Shown one piece after another: positions 30,802 to 42,600 of a stretch of DNA of 64,000 bases. Under the pieces are notes generated by a model. It ran no database searches, was not told the origin of the DNA, and was given only the letters and a program-made list of their open reading frames with translations. The stretch covers positions 57,301-121,300 of the forward strand of contig JADKGX010000002.1 in the NCBI GenBank assembly GCA_016722065.1, written 5' to 3'. Position 1 is the first letter of the stretch. Each line of letters begins with the position of its first letter. Source of the stretch: Planctomycetota bacterium. GTDB taxonomy: Bacteria > Planctomycetota > UBA8742 > UBA2392. The position numbers were made by a program, and so were the translations under genes.

Positions 30802-32385
30802 ATGTTGAACAACGTCACCCTGCTGGCAATGGCAGCCGGATTGATTGCGCTGCCTTCGGGCATTGTGCAGGCGCAGGACCTGAAGATTCGCGTTGTAGGC
30901 CAGGGCAAAGTCGAAGTGGCCCCGGCCACGACCCCGGCCCCGCACGAGGTGTCGGCCCCGATGCCTGATCGCGGTGGCGACAGCCAGGGACTCGACGAAG
31001 TACAGCGCATGCTGCGCGAACAGCAGCGCATGGAAGCGATGTTGATGGCCGACGGCGATTTGTCCAAGGAAGACATGGACAAGCTGATCCAAAAGGCCCG
31101 CGAGCGCCTGGACCGCGACATGCAGAAGCTGGAAAAGCGCGAACAGGATAACGCCCGCGAAACCGACCCCAAAGACAAGGCCGAAGAGGCCACTGACATC
31201 AAGAAAGACCGCTACCGCGCCAGCGTGCGCGCCCTGGAGCGCGACCTGCTGTATCGCATTGACCGCCTGCGCAAGCCCGGTGGCGACCAGTATGAAGCCA
31301 ACCTGGACAACATGATCGACAAGATCAAGGACACCTTTGCCGACCTGCAGGACAAGCTGGATGACGACCCGCCGGCCACCTGGTCGACAACGCTGGATGT
31401 TGCCCGCAAGTTCTACAACGACTACCTGACCCAGGTCGAAAAGTGGGGCAAAGACATTGGCATCGATTCTACCGTGCCCAATGCCGACCAGCGCCTTAAG
31501 CAGCTCAGCGACGACCTGATCAACCGTGCCAAGCGCATTCGCAAGGTGGGTGGCGAAAAGTACGAAGACCAGTTGGATGCCACCATTGACAAGATTCGCG
31601 ACACCTTTGCCGACCTGCGCGAGAAGCTGGAAAAGACCCCGACCAAAGGCTGGGCGGAGATCCTGGCCAGTGGCGAAAAGTTTGCGGCCCAGTTTTCGGC
31701 AGACCTGGACAAATGGTCCAAGCAGATGGGTGGCGATGAATCCCAGCCCTCGCCGCTGGAGAAAATCACTGAACTGTCCCGCGACCTGCTGGAACGCCTG
31801 GGCGCACTGCGCAAAGCCGGGGGCGACAAATACGAGGACAACCTGGATTCCCTGGAAGACAAGGTGCGCGACACCTATGCCGACCTGAAGGACAAGATTC
31901 TGAACAAGAACAAAGACCAGTGGCCCAAGATTCTGGAGGACGCGGCCAAGTTTCACCGCGAATACAGCGATCAACTGGAAACCTGGCGCATCAAGATCAG
32001 CAACAACGGCAAGGTCGACCGCACCGAAACGCCTGAACCAGTGCCCACACCGGGCAAAGTTGACTACCCCGAAAAGGACCTGATTCTGCCTGACGGCACA
32101 CACGCCGACATTGTCGGGGGCATTCGCATCGCCCGCGCCACGCCGGTTCTGCGCAAGCAGTTGGGGCTGGAAAACGGCCTTGAAGTAAAGGAAATCACCG
32201 ACGCCGACGGTGCATTATCTCGCGCCGGTATTGACGTTTACGACGTAATCCTTGAAGTAAACGGCAGCAAACTGGACACGCGCACGGCCCTGCGTGAAAC
32301 CATGGACGGAATCAAGAAAGGCCAAGAATACACCGTGGTGATCATGCGCGCCGGAAAGCAGCAAACCCTCAAGGCCACAAAATAG
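30802..32385 (+). CDS. Exported protein with three helical repeats and C-terminal PDZ domain
   Basis: Signal peptide; three ~80-aa repeats; GLEVKEI...AGIDVYDVILEVNG PDZ motif. Confidence 0.8.
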   Translation: MLNNVTLLAMAAGLIALPSGIVQAQDLKIRVVGQGKVEVAPATTPAPHEVSAPMPDRGGDSQGLDEVQRMLREQQRMEAMLMADGDLSKEDMDKLIQKARERLDRDMQKLEKREQDNARETDPKDKAEEATDIKKDRYRASVRALERDLLYRIDRLRKPGGDQYEANLDNMIDKIKDTFADLQDKLDDDPPATWSTTLDVARKFYNDYLTQVEKWGKDIGIDSTVPNADQRLKQLSDDLINRAKRIRKVGGEKYEDQLDATIDKIRDTFADLREKLEKTPTKGWAEILASGEKFAAQFSADLDKWSKQMGGDESQPSPLEKITELSRDLLERLGALRKAGGDKYEDNLDSLEDKVRDTYADLKDKILNKNKDQWPKILEDAAKFHREYSDQLETWRIKISNNGKVDRTETPEPVPTPGKVDYPEKDLILPDGTHADIVGGIRIARATPVLRKQLGLENGLEVKEITDADGALSRAGIDVYDVILEVNGSKLDTRTALRETMDGIKKGQEYTVVIMRAGKQQTLKATK

Positions 32386-32415
32386 TGTCACCGGTGGCGC
32401 CAAACGCATGACAGG

Positions 32416-32445
32416 CGGGCCGGGGCTACCCGGCCCGTTTAGTTT
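32416..32445 (+). terminator. Intrinsic terminator
   Basis: CGGGCCGGG-gcta-CCCGGCCCG followed by TTTAGTTT. Confidence 0.75.
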
Positions 32446-32493
32446 GGAATGGGCCCTCAGGCGCGCTGGTTCGTATCAAAGGCGGAGGCTGCC

Positions 32494-33684
32494 ATGAGTG
32501 AACTGCACAAACTTGATGACAAAGAGCCGGCTGAAGTGGCGTTCTATGAGGGCTATCAGCGTGGTCACAACGACACCGCGCGCATGCTGGCGCGGCGTTC
32601 GCTGGTGTACCTGTTTGTAGGCTGCTTTCTGGGCGTGGGGCTGTTCTATTTGGTGATGCAGACGGGCTGGATGGACCGCGTGGGTGCCGCGCCCGTGGTG
32701 GAAGACCCGGCCCTTACCCAGGAGAAGCCCAAGCAGTTCGTCAACGCCGTCAACTGGGCAAAGCGCTTTACCGTGGGCATTGTGGCCAAAACCCAGGACC
32801 GCACCGTGCGCAGTTTCAGTGGCGTCGGCACGATTCCGGGCCAAAGCTACATCGGCAGCGGCATCGTGCTGGATACCCAAGGTTACATCCTGACCAACTC
32901 GCACGTAATACCAAGCAACGTAAACGAACTCAGCGTCGTTCTGGGCGACAGCATTTTCGAAGCCCGTTTTGTAGGTCACCGGCCTGAGTACGACCTGGCG
33001 GTGATCAAGATCAAGGCCGAAAACCTTGTCGCTGCCAGCCTTGGCGACAGCGACAACGCCGAACAAGGCGACGTGGTGCTGGCCATTGGCAGTCCGCACG
33101 GGCTGTTTCACACCGCCACGGAGGGCATTGTCAGTTATGTGGGGCGCCGCAACGACGCCGGCGGCACGCTGGTGCGCAACTACATTCAGACTTCGGCCGC
33201 CATCAACCCGGGCAACTCTGGCGGCCCGCTGGTTGACCTGACAGGCCGGGTGATTGGCATCAACACCCTCAAGCTGGCCGGCGAAGGCCAGGACGCCACC
33301 GACGGCATTGGATTTGCCATACCCATCAACATTGCTCGCAAGGTCTCGGAGGCCATTATCAAGGGCGACGACCCCAGCAAGGACAGCAAGATCAGCAGTC
33401 GCCCGCGTAACCTGCAAAGCGCATTTCTGGGGGTGAACATTGAAACCGGCTATCGACCAGAAATGCAGGACGGGGCCATGATCCGCAACGTTATCTACGG
33501 CACCGCCGCCGAAAGGGCCGGCCTGAAGGCTGGCGACGTGATCACCAAGGTGGGGGACAAATCGATCAAGGGCTTTGAAGACCTGTCCGGGACACTCAAG
33601 GGTTTGCAACCCGGCGAGAAAATCACTGTCACCTATCGCCGGGACGGCGAGGACCACGTGATTGAGATCAACCTGGGTGAATAG
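32494..33684 (+). CDS. HtrA/DegP-family serine protease with PDZ
   Basis: GSGIV, LTNSHV, DLAVIK, INPGNSGGPL triad; one TM and one PDZ. Confidence 0.95.
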   Translation: MSELHKLDDKEPAEVAFYEGYQRGHNDTARMLARRSLVYLFVGCFLGVGLFYLVMQTGWMDRVGAAPVVEDPALTQEKPKQFVNAVNWAKRFTVGIVAKTQDRTVRSFSGVGTIPGQSYIGSGIVLDTQGYILTNSHVIPSNVNELSVVLGDSIFEARFVGHRPEYDLAVIKIKAENLVAASLGDSDNAEQGDVVLAIGSPHGLFHTATEGIVSYVGRRNDAGGTLVRNYIQTSAAINPGNSGGPLVDLTGRVIGINTLKLAGEGQDATDGIGFAIPINIARKVSEAIIKGDDPSKDSKISSRPRNLQSAFLGVNIETGYRPEMQDGAMIRNVIYGTAAERAGLKAGDVITKVGDKSIKGFEDLSGTLKGLQPGEKITVTYRRDGEDHVIEINLGE

Positions 33685-33953
33685 CCCAGGCACCCGGTAA
33701 TTAGTGAACGTAAGATAGGCATGCTTGCCACGAGTACTTAGGGGCCCAAGGCCACGAGTCATTGCGAACGGTACTTCACTATTAATGTAATGTCACCACG
33801 GCACCAGTGTAGTCGTTGCCTTGACGGCAGATCGTCAGCGCGGCCTGAAAAGGCGTCAATGGCGGGAGTCATAGTGGGCGGAGCAACCAGGCCCCGGCGC
33901 GCCCAGAAGTCGGGCCCGAAAACACGATCGCCCGCAACGCGATAGTAATAAAC

Positions 33954-34838
33954 CTAACTAACTGGAGCTGCCAAGAATCTGCTGCCTGACTGAAGCATGC
34001 GCCGAACCGGATACTCAGGCTCGTGATAGAAGAAGCATTGGGCCTGGGTAGCGACCAGTTTGGGGTACAGCGATTCGCGGGCATGGAAGCTGCCGCCGGC
34101 GTTGATGTCGTAGGCGCTGATCCAGGCCAGCGGCACATGGCTGGCCGTTGGCACCAGGTCGCCCAAAAAGCAGCCGCTTTGGCCCTGGTCTTGCAGCCAG
34201 ATGACGGCGTGGTTTTCGGTGTGGCCGCCGTTGAACTCAAAGCGCACGCCGGGGACGATCTCGGCGTTGCCTTCCACCAGGCGTAACTGCCCGCGTTGTT
34301 CGATGGGTGTGAGAGATGCAGGCGTGTAGCTGGCCTTGTGCAGGTTGGAGGGTTTGGTGGCAATCTCCCATTCGCCGCGCTGGGCCACATAGGTGGCTTT
34401 GGCAAAGGTGGGTTCATAGTTGCCGTCACGCAAACGGCACAGGCCGCCGGAGTGGTCCCAGTGCAGGTGGGTGCAGGCCACGGTGTCCACGGCATCGGGT
34501 TCTATGCCCGCGGCGCGTACCAGTTCGCCAAGCAGCGGGCCCTTTCGATCTATGCCGTAGCGTTCATGCAGTTCAGGGGCCACGGCCTGGCCAAGACCGG
34601 ATTCAATCACCAATGTGTTGGTTGGGGTCTGCACCAGCAGCGGTCGCATGGCCATGCGCACGCGGTTCCTATCATCGGCTGGAAGCTGCTGTTCCCATAG
34701 CGTCTTGGGAACAATGCCGTACATCGCGCCGCCATCGAGCGATAACCAGCCGTCCAGCAGCGTCGTCACGCTGATACGCCCAATGCGCACGGTAGCGCGG
34801 CCTTCAAAGTATTGAACTTGCTTCAAGCAAGGCTCCAT
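33954..34838 (-). CDS. MBL-fold metallo-hydrolase (YtnP-like)
   Basis: LDGGAMYGIVPK, THLHWDHSGG, GGHTENH, GDLVP. Confidence 0.92.
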   Translation of the reverse strand: MEPCLKQVQYFEGRATVRIGRISVTTLLDGWLSLDGGAMYGIVPKTLWEQQLPADDRNRVRMAMRPLLVQTPTNTLVIESGLGQAVAPELHERYGIDRKGPLLGELVRAAGIEPDAVDTVACTHLHWDHSGGLCRLRDGNYEPTFAKATYVAQRGEWEIATKPSNLHKASYTPASLTPIEQRGQLRLVEGNAEIVPGVRFEFNGGHTENHAVIWLQDQGQSGCFLGDLVPTASHVPLAWISAYDINAGGSFHARESLYPKLVATQAQCFFYHEPEYPVRRMLQSGSRFLAAPVS

Positions 34839-34856
34839 TCACTTCGCTGCAAGGGC

Positions 34857-36827
34857 CTACTGCCGGCTGGAAGTGCCCACAGCGCTGTGTTCCAGGCGGG
34901 CGGCTTCATCATACAGCATGGTGCGCTTGAGGTAGGCGTTGTTCAACTGGCGCCGGCTGATAATGCCTACCAGCTTGGTCGGGTCGTCGTCGGCAACAAC
35001 GGGCAGCTCGTCATAGCGGCTTTCAGCAAACCGCGCGGCAACATCGGCCAAGGTGTCGGCTGGTTTGACGGAGATAATGCGCCCCTGCACGATGTCGGCG
35101 GCCACCAGCAGTTGCCAGACTTCACTTTGCGAAAGCACCGTGCGCACGTCACTCAAGCTGAACACGCCGACAAACTTTCCGGCCTTGGTCACGACCGGAA
35201 AGTAAGCCTGGCGGCTGGACTTGAGCTGCAGCACCTGGGCCAGCGAGGTGCTCTCCAGGACCGTTTCAAAGGCACCCAGGTCAGGCAGCACGTCGGCCAC
35301 GCGAATCTCGCGCAGCACATTGACGGAAAACGCCCCGGCGTGGGCCGGGCTTTGGCGGCGCGTTGGTACCTGGGTTTCAATCAACCGGAATCGCCGCGAC
35401 AGCACAAAGGTGATCGAACAGGTCCAAAGCGCCGGCAGCAGCAGGTGGTAGCTGCCGGTCAACTCGCAGACAATGATCACGCTGCTGAAGGGAACTTTGG
35501 CGACACCGGCCCAAAAGCCCGCCATGCCAATCAGGGCAAACACGGCGGCCGTGGCGGCTTGCGGGTCAGTACCTGCCAGGCCGACGGGCAACAGAAAGCT
35601 GGGCAGAATGCTGTAGCACAACATGCCAACGCCGGCACCAATCGTGCCACCAATGACTACCGCCGGGGCGAACTGCCCGCCAGCGCCGCCACTGCCCACC
35701 GTAAGCGCCGAGGCCAGTATCTTGGCGCCCGCCACAATCAGCAGGATCCACCAAAGCCCCTGGCCGTGCAGGGCTTGTTCCAGCGCCGGGTAGCCGTCAC
35801 CCATCACGGCCAATAGTATCGGCTTGGGTTGGCCGTCTTCACTAAGCAGCGCCGAAAGCCCGTACACCGCCAGCGTAAGGCCGCCAGCAAGCGCGGCGCC
35901 AAGGGCAGGCCGCGCCAGCCAGTGCACCTTGTTGAACAGCTTGTGAATGACCTGGTAGGTCTTGACGAACAGAAAGCCTGCAATGGTCAATGACACGGCC
36001 AGCAGGGCCATCGGGGCTAGTTCCAGCGGGTTGGCAAAGTGATAGGCCGTGGCCACACCGCCAAACAACGAACCCCACCCGAAGTTCAGGCAGAACACGC
36101 AATAGCTTGCAATGCTGGCCATAACGGCTGGTACCAGGGCGTCGGCCTCAAACTCGGAGTCCGCGTAAAGCACTTCGCCGGCCATCAAGCCACCAGCCAG
36201 CGGCGCGCGGAACATTCCGCCAATGCCGGCGGCAATGCCAGCCAGCAGCAGAATGCGGCGCTGGCGCACGGTCAGGTTCAGGCGCTGGGCAAGCCAGGAC
36301 CCGGCGGCTGCGCCCATGTGCGCAATCGGGCCTTCGCGGCCGGATGCAGCGCCGCTTCCCAGGGTGATGGTGCTGGCGACAAATTTCTTCCACACCGTGC
36401 CGCGCGGAAAGCGGCCACGGTCGTTGTGGAACGAACCCACGGCAATGCCCGTATCGGTGGGGGTGGAATCTTTGGTAACGCGCATCCACAGTGCCAGCAA
36501 CAACCCGCCTGCCAGCGGAAACACAACCATCACCCACAATCTCGGCTCTGTGGGGTCGCCCGCGGGCAGGGTTTCCAGGAAGTGGCCCAGCCACCCGCCG
36601 GCGCCGTGCTCGCCGATCTGTACATGGCCGACGCTGCCAAACAGCAGGCGCATGACAATCTGGCTGACGGTCAGAAACGCCACACCCAGCAGGCCCACGA
36701 CAATACCCACCAAGGTGCCCAGCAGCGGCAACTTGCCCAGGGTTTCGATCGGCTTGGGCGCAATCAGGTCGCCGCCGTCAAATTTATCGGCGCGAGAGGT
36801 TTTACTGCCAGGTTCTTCGCCACTCAT
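34857..36827 (-). CDS. ClC chloride channel/transporter with two CBS domains
   Basis: GREGP, GGQFAP and FRAPLAG motifs; C-terminal CBS pair. Confidence 0.93.
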   Translation of the reverse strand: MSGEEPGSKTSRADKFDGGDLIAPKPIETLGKLPLLGTLVGIVVGLLGVAFLTVSQIVMRLLFGSVGHVQIGEHGAGGWLGHFLETLPAGDPTEPRLWVMVVFPLAGGLLLALWMRVTKDSTPTDTGIAVGSFHNDRGRFPRGTVWKKFVASTITLGSGAASGREGPIAHMGAAAGSWLAQRLNLTVRQRRILLLAGIAAGIGGMFRAPLAGGLMAGEVLYADSEFEADALVPAVMASIASYCVFCLNFGWGSLFGGVATAYHFANPLELAPMALLAVSLTIAGFLFVKTYQVIHKLFNKVHWLARPALGAALAGGLTLAVYGLSALLSEDGQPKPILLAVMGDGYPALEQALHGQGLWWILLIVAGAKILASALTVGSGGAGGQFAPAVVIGGTIGAGVGMLCYSILPSFLLPVGLAGTDPQAATAAVFALIGMAGFWAGVAKVPFSSVIIVCELTGSYHLLLPALWTCSITFVLSRRFRLIETQVPTRRQSPAHAGAFSVNVLREIRVADVLPDLGAFETVLESTSLAQVLQLKSSRQAYFPVVTKAGKFVGVFSLSDVRTVLSQSEVWQLLVAADIVQGRIISVKPADTLADVAARFAESRYDELPVVADDDPTKLVGIISRRQLNNAYLKRTMLYDEAARLEHSAVGTSSRQ

Positions 36828-36893
36828 GTGCGACCGAGTCCGGAAATACAAGCGCCTCCGCAATGCGGAGGCGCCCATGCTTGTGCGTTAGGT

Positions 36894-37762
36894 TTACTTC
36901 TCGTGGTAGACATACCAAGCCTGAAGCATACCACCCTCGAACACGAACTCTGCTATGACTTGCGTTTCGCGGCCGCGGGCGTCTTTGTGGATCATGTAAT
37001 ACTGCTGCGTTTCAAACGGACGGTGAATGATAATGCGGTCCGGGTTGCGGTTCTGGAACCAGGCGAACAGCTCGTTGCGAGTGCGGGCGTACAGCAGTTC
37101 TTCGGCAACGATGTAATCGCTGTAGCTGGCCTTGCCGGCACCCTTGAAGTTAGGATCAGCAATCTTTTCACGATGTGCCAGTTCAACCCGGTTGAGGTCC
37201 GCCTGGGCGTTCTCGGCCTGCTTGCGAATGGCCGGCGCGCCCATACCGCGCTCAAGCACGGTATTGAACTTGCGCATCAAGCGGGCCTCGAACTCCAGCA
37301 GGCTCTTTTCGCGTTCCTGGTTTTCGAGGGTATAGCTGTTCCAGCTGATCAACTGGTCGGATTCAAACATCAGGTAGAAGTTGGTGCGGCTTTGGGTGTT
37401 GAACCGGCTGTAAAACAGCATCGTCGTGGAGCCGTCTTTGCTGACTTCGTCGGGGGCCTCGATAATGCGGCGCCTGGCGGTTTCCACGCTGATACCGCGA
37501 GTCAAGCGACCGGCCAGCTCGGCGCGTACATCAATGCCGCTGCGGCGCAGCCACTGTTCGCGCTCTACGCTGTCTTCGATCGCCAAAGTCCGAGGCGCTC
37601 TTTGTCGGTCATTACCTGCAGGTGGGTACTCCAGCGCGTGCGGGTGGGCGTGGAAGCAGTTCCCACGGCTTCAGGGCCGTTGCCCCGAACTTCAGGACCC
37701 GACGAGCAGGCCGCGCCAAGCAGCGCGACCACAAACAGGACTGGCAGGAAGGCAAATCGCAT
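36894..37762 (-). CDS. Hypothetical lipoprotein with apparent -1 frameshift at 37585-37587
   Basis: MRFAFLPVLFVVALLGAAC lipobox in one frame, continuing as (L)AIEDSVEREQWL in another; one more T in the T3 run joins them. Confidence 0.7.
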
Positions 37763-37849
37763 TCCAACACCGGAATTCGGGTGACTCGGGGGTAGGTGCA
37801 TCATAGGGGACTCAAATCGCGACGCAAGGGCTGCTGCAACACGGTTTTG

Positions 37850-39337
37850 TCACTTGGAGCCATCCTTGCGAAAATCGCGCCCATCGAACGAAAAGACCAC
37901 ATCTTTACCTTCTTCGCGGCTGGCAAGGTGCACCGGGCGGTTCCAGATACGGTGCAGGTTGGAAAGTGTCTCGCGTGTGTACTTGCCGTCCAGGTCAAAA
38001 CCTTCATGCCTGTGCACCAGCAGCAATTCGCCGCGGTTGTGGTAGTTGCCGTCGTGCACCTCAATGAAGGGCTCGCCCATGTTGGTCAACTGGGTCAGCA
38101 GCTTCTGCTTGATCTGGTCGAAGTCGCGGGCACTGATTTCGTATCGCCCGCTGGACTCATTGAAATCATAGGTAAACAGCTTGGCCCGCACGCAGAAGTC
38201 GGGCGTCAGAAACTCGTCGATGAAGGTCAGGTCATTGTAGATGCGTCGTACCTCAAAGATCTTGCGGCGGCCTTCACCGGGCGTGTGCTTATCCCAGTTG
38301 GCTTTTTCGGCCAGGTCGTCGCACTGGTCCCATTGCGGGCCGTGCATGCCGTGATCCCAGCGGTACTCAATGTCGCGCAGCATTTCCAGACCCAGCTTGT
38401 AGGGGTTGATCACCCCCGGCTGCATACCCATGGTCATGCTGTGATGATCTGCAAAATCCACGATCTCGGCGGCGGTGGCGGCTTTTTGGGTCATGATCGT
38501 GCTGTGCCAATAGCTGGCCCAGCCCTCGTTCATGATCTTGGTCTGGCGCTGGGGCGCAAAGTAATAGGCCTCGTCGCGCACAATCGCCAGCACGTCGCGC
38601 TGCCAGTTGCGCAACGGGGCATAGTTAATCAAGAACCAAAGCACGTCCTTGATGGGCTGCTCTGGGAACTTTGGCGGCTGCTGCTTCTTTTTCAGTAACT
38701 CCCCGCGCCGCTGTTCCAGAATCTCGGGCGGGTTGATGTAGCGGTCCATGTAATCCTTGGACTTCAGCTTGGTCACTTCCACGCGGGCGGTTTCGTCGTC
38801 CAGATCATTCTGCTCCCGGCGCACCGGCTGGCGGGTGAATGGAAGCATGGGGTCAATCAGGTTTTCCAGGCTCAGGCAGGCGTCGACGAAAGCCTCGACC
38901 TTTTCCTGGCCGTAATGGTCAATGTAGCGCCGCATGCGGGCGGCGTGGTTGGCCATCTGATCGACCATCTTGCGGTTGGTTTTGCTGAACCAGGCGTTGT
39001 TCTTGAAGAAGTCGGCATGGCCGTAAACGTGTGCCATGACAAGCTTCTGGGAGACAAAGTCGTTGCTGTCCATCAGGTAGGCAATCACCGGGTCGTTGTT
39101 GATCACCAGTTCATAGATCTTGCTGATGCCGTAGGTGTAGCCCTTGAGGAGTTCCTCAAACTGCATGCCAAAGCGCCAATGCGGATAGCGCGTGGGGAAG
39201 CCACCGTAGGCCGCAACTTCGTTCAGGCTTTCGGAATCCAGCAGCTCAAAGTGGACGTCGTAGAAGTCCAGCCCGTACTTCAGGGCGTGCTCGAGTATCT
39301 GCTGCTTGGTTGCCGCCAGTTCGCCGGTGAGGATCAC
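37850..39337 (-). CDS. spoVR: SpoVR family protein
   Basis: [47 protein letters not shown]; GTG start with GGAG RBS. Confidence 0.92.
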   Translation of the reverse strand: MILTGELAATKQQILEHALKYGLDFYDVHFELLDSESLNEVAAYGGFPTRYPHWRFGMQFEELLKGYTYGISKIYELVINNDPVIAYLMDSNDFVSQKLVMAHVYGHADFFKNNAWFSKTNRKMVDQMANHAARMRRYIDHYGQEKVEAFVDACLSLENLIDPMLPFTRQPVRREQNDLDDETARVEVTKLKSKDYMDRYINPPEILEQRRGELLKKKQQPPKFPEQPIKDVLWFLINYAPLRNWQRDVLAIVRDEAYYFAPQRQTKIMNEGWASYWHSTIMTQKAATAAEIVDFADHHSMTMGMQPGVINPYKLGLEMLRDIEYRWDHGMHGPQWDQCDDLAEKANWDKHTPGEGRRKIFEVRRIYNDLTFIDEFLTPDFCVRAKLFTYDFNESSGRYEISARDFDQIKQKLLTQLTNMGEPFIEVHDGNYHNRGELLLVHRHEGFDLDGKYTRETLSNLHRIWNRPVHLASREEGKDVVFSFDGRDFRKDGSK

Positions 39338-39649
39338 GCGTGTCTCCAGCCCCTGTACCCCAAAGTAACCCAGCGTGCCGCGCCCGTACAGGTGTGGAAG
39401 GTCGCAGCGAAGGCGGCGCCTGTTCGCCTCGACGTGCGTCGGGTTCATGGCAACCACGAAATGGGGTGGTGGGCTATCTGACGTGGGCGTTAAGTGTCAA
39501 CGGTCGCAGCCTTGGAAGCCATGCCGGCAGTAAGGCTTGCGCCAAGTAAGAATTTGCGGCAATTCTGATTCCCGTGTAATGCCTTGGCCTGCCAGGCGAC
39601 ATACTGGCAGCAGTTCATTGGCATATTCGGACAAGAAACGGAGGCACCA

Positions 39650-42600
39650 ATGCGGCCCAAACCCGCATTGGCGATTCTGGCGTTGCTTGCGTTGCTGGCA
39701 GGGATCTGGACGTCCCTGCCCAAGAACGCGCAAAGCCAGGACGCCACCGGGGCGAACACGCGTGGGGAAGTTTCTCGTGCCGCCTCGAGCCTGGACCTGG
39801 GTGTACCCTTTGATTGGCAGACCCAGTGGCACTTTGAGCAGCAACTGACGGTCCAAGAACGTGAACGGCTGATCAGCCTGCGGGCCCGCTTTGAGCTGGC
39901 CCAGGCAGATTGCCCGCTGCCCGAGGCGCAACCGCGCCAACCGTTCTATGTGAAGTTCAAAGGCCCATTGCCCCGCGAACTGGCCGATCGGCTTTCCGCC
40001 GCTGGCGCCAGCTTTGTCGGCTACGCCTATCCGCACGCGCACTTTCTGCGTGCCGCCAACGCCGATTCGCTGGCCCAGATCGGGCTGATTCTGCGTGGAT
40101 CGCCGCTGGTCGCGGGCACCGTGTTGCGCCTGGGCGTTGACGCGTTCGACCCGCTGGCCTGGCGCGTGCTGCAGGACGAAGAGTTCGTTGAGGGCGCGTT
40201 TCGGTTGCGCTTCTGGGCCGATATCAGCCCCGAGAAGGCCGAGCATTTGCTGACCGCCCGCAACGTCACCATCACCGAGGCCACCCGCGACGAAAGCGGC
40301 CATCTGGACCTTGAGACGCCCTTTGTGGACACCTGGCTGACCCATGCCCAGTTGGCAGAACTTTCCGCAGACGACGCCGTGGAGTGGATCGCGCCTACAC
40401 CAGTAAAGGTTGCAGACAACGTAGACAGCGTGGCGCTTTCGCACGCGACGCCTGCAGAAATCGGCCCGGCGACGTCTTACAATCTGGATGGCACCGGCAT
40501 GGTGGCAGGGGTGTGGGATGCCGCCCGCGCCCGCGACACCCACGTGGACTTTCAGAACGCAACGTCGCCCAGCCCGATCAACAACGGCGCCAAGCGCGTG
40601 CGCATGGTCGATGGCACATCGCTGAACTTTCACTCCACGCACGTCACCGGCACGATCATCGGCGATGGCACGGGCAACGCAGCGGCGCGGGGTTATGCGC
40701 CCAAGGCCTGCGTAGTTTCGTACAGCTGGAATTCGATGGATACCGAGCGCCGCACGGCGCGTCACGATTATAGGCACGTAGCCGACAACCATTCCTACGG
40801 CACAGGCACGCCGTCAACGTACACGCCCTCCTATTACGGGGGCTACGACAGTGATGCCCAGACCTCCGATACCGACATTCGCGACATTCTGCTGAACATG
40901 TGCAAGTCGGCGGGCAATGACGGCTCGTTTGGCAGCTTGAGCTGCACGCACGATGCATGCATGAAAAACTCCTTCACCATTGCATCGACCAGCGACGGCG
41001 GCACGGTTTCGTCATTCTCGTCGCGCGGGCCCACGCTGGACGGGCGGCTGATTCCGCACTTTGCGGCCAACGGCGAAAACCTGACCAGCACCTACGAAAC
41101 CAGCAACACGGCCTATGGCACCATTTCTGGCACCAGCATGGCTTCGCCCAGTGCTTGCGGCTCGCTGGTGCTGCTGGCGCAGCTGTTCCAGCGAGAATAC
41201 AACAAGCAGCAGTTTTCCCCGGACTTGGCACGCGCGATTGTAGCTGCCACAGCTATTGAACGCGGCAATCAGGGGCCCGATTATCGCTATGGCTTTGGCA
41301 TCATTGACTGCAAGCGCGCCGCAGACCTGATTCTTGCCGACAAGGCAGGTGGGGAAACCATGTGGTGCGCGGCACCATGCGCCCGGGCAATGTTCTGGAG
41401 TACAACCTGCAGGTCACCAGCTCTGCTGCCCCGTTGAAGGTCGTTTGCTCGTGGCTGGACATCTATGCCAGCACGGCCAGTGGCAACAAGTTGATCAACG
41501 ACATTGACCTGGAGCTCATAGAGCCCAACGGCAGTACCACTCACTATCCTTGGAGTGGGCTTGCTTCCAGTGCTGCCGGCGACCAGACCTATCAATGGAC
41601 GCGCACCGGGCCCAACCGCCGCGACAACATTGAACTTGTGGAAGTCGATGCACCAACGGTGGGCACTTGGAAAATCCGGGTCACCGGCTTCAGTATTCCG
41701 GCCAACCCGCAAACCACGGTGCGCAACGACGCCACCGGCTTTGTGTTGGCCAGCGAAGCACCCATCACGGCCAACCAGGAGCGATTTGTAGACACAGCCG
41801 TGGCCGCCAGCCCCTTGGCGATTCCAGACAACGACACCAACGGGGTTTCGCGCACCTTCAATGTAACCAGTACCGACACCGTCAAGAACGTGCGCGTGAT
41901 TGTGGACGTGCGCCACGTGCAGCGCGGCGACATTGATGTCTACCTGACACACGGCGCCACCACCGCGCAGATTGAAAAGAAGGACACCAGCACCCGCGAC
42001 GATCTGATTGCTGTTTACCCCGACACGCGCCAATACGACGACGACACTGCGGGATTCATTGGCCAGGTGGCCACCGGCACCTGGACCGTCAAAGTGACCG
42101 ACACCACGGCAAGCAACACCGGCACGCTGGACTGGCTGGCCATTGAGATCGACTACGCCCCCAACCAGGCGCCAGTGGCCAACGCAGGCACCGATCAAAG
42201 TGTAAATGAAGGCGCCACCGTCAACCTGACTGGCGCGGCCAGCACAGACCCAGACAACGACACACTCAGCTTTGCCTGGACGCAGGTAAGCGGCACCAGC
42301 GTGAGCCTTTCTGGTGCGGCCACGGCCACGCCATCGTTTACGGCGCCCATGGTGACCAGCACCACCGTGCTGACCTTCCGCGTAACCGTCAGTGACGGCC
42401 GTGGCGGATCAGATTTTGACGACGTGCAGATCACCGTCAACGACGTCAACAGCCCGCCGGTGGCCAAAGCGGGCTCCAACCAGTCCGTCAATGAAGGAAC
42501 TGCGGTCAACCTGAGTGCCGCCGGCAGCTCGGACCCTGATGGCGACCCCCTGGGTTACAGTTGGACACAAACCAGCGGCCCGGCAGTCACGCTTTCGGGA

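Noticed and set aside
16073-37784. Long antisense ORFs (e.g. 16073-17623, 20740-22440, 30787-32103, 36039-37784)
   Set aside because: Shadow frames opposite well-supported genes in high-GC DNA, with no motifs
41351-41362. Programmed frameshift producing two S8 protease forms
   Set aside because: No canonical slippery heptamer, and the same one-base homopolymer pattern hits unrelated genes; an error is more parsimonious
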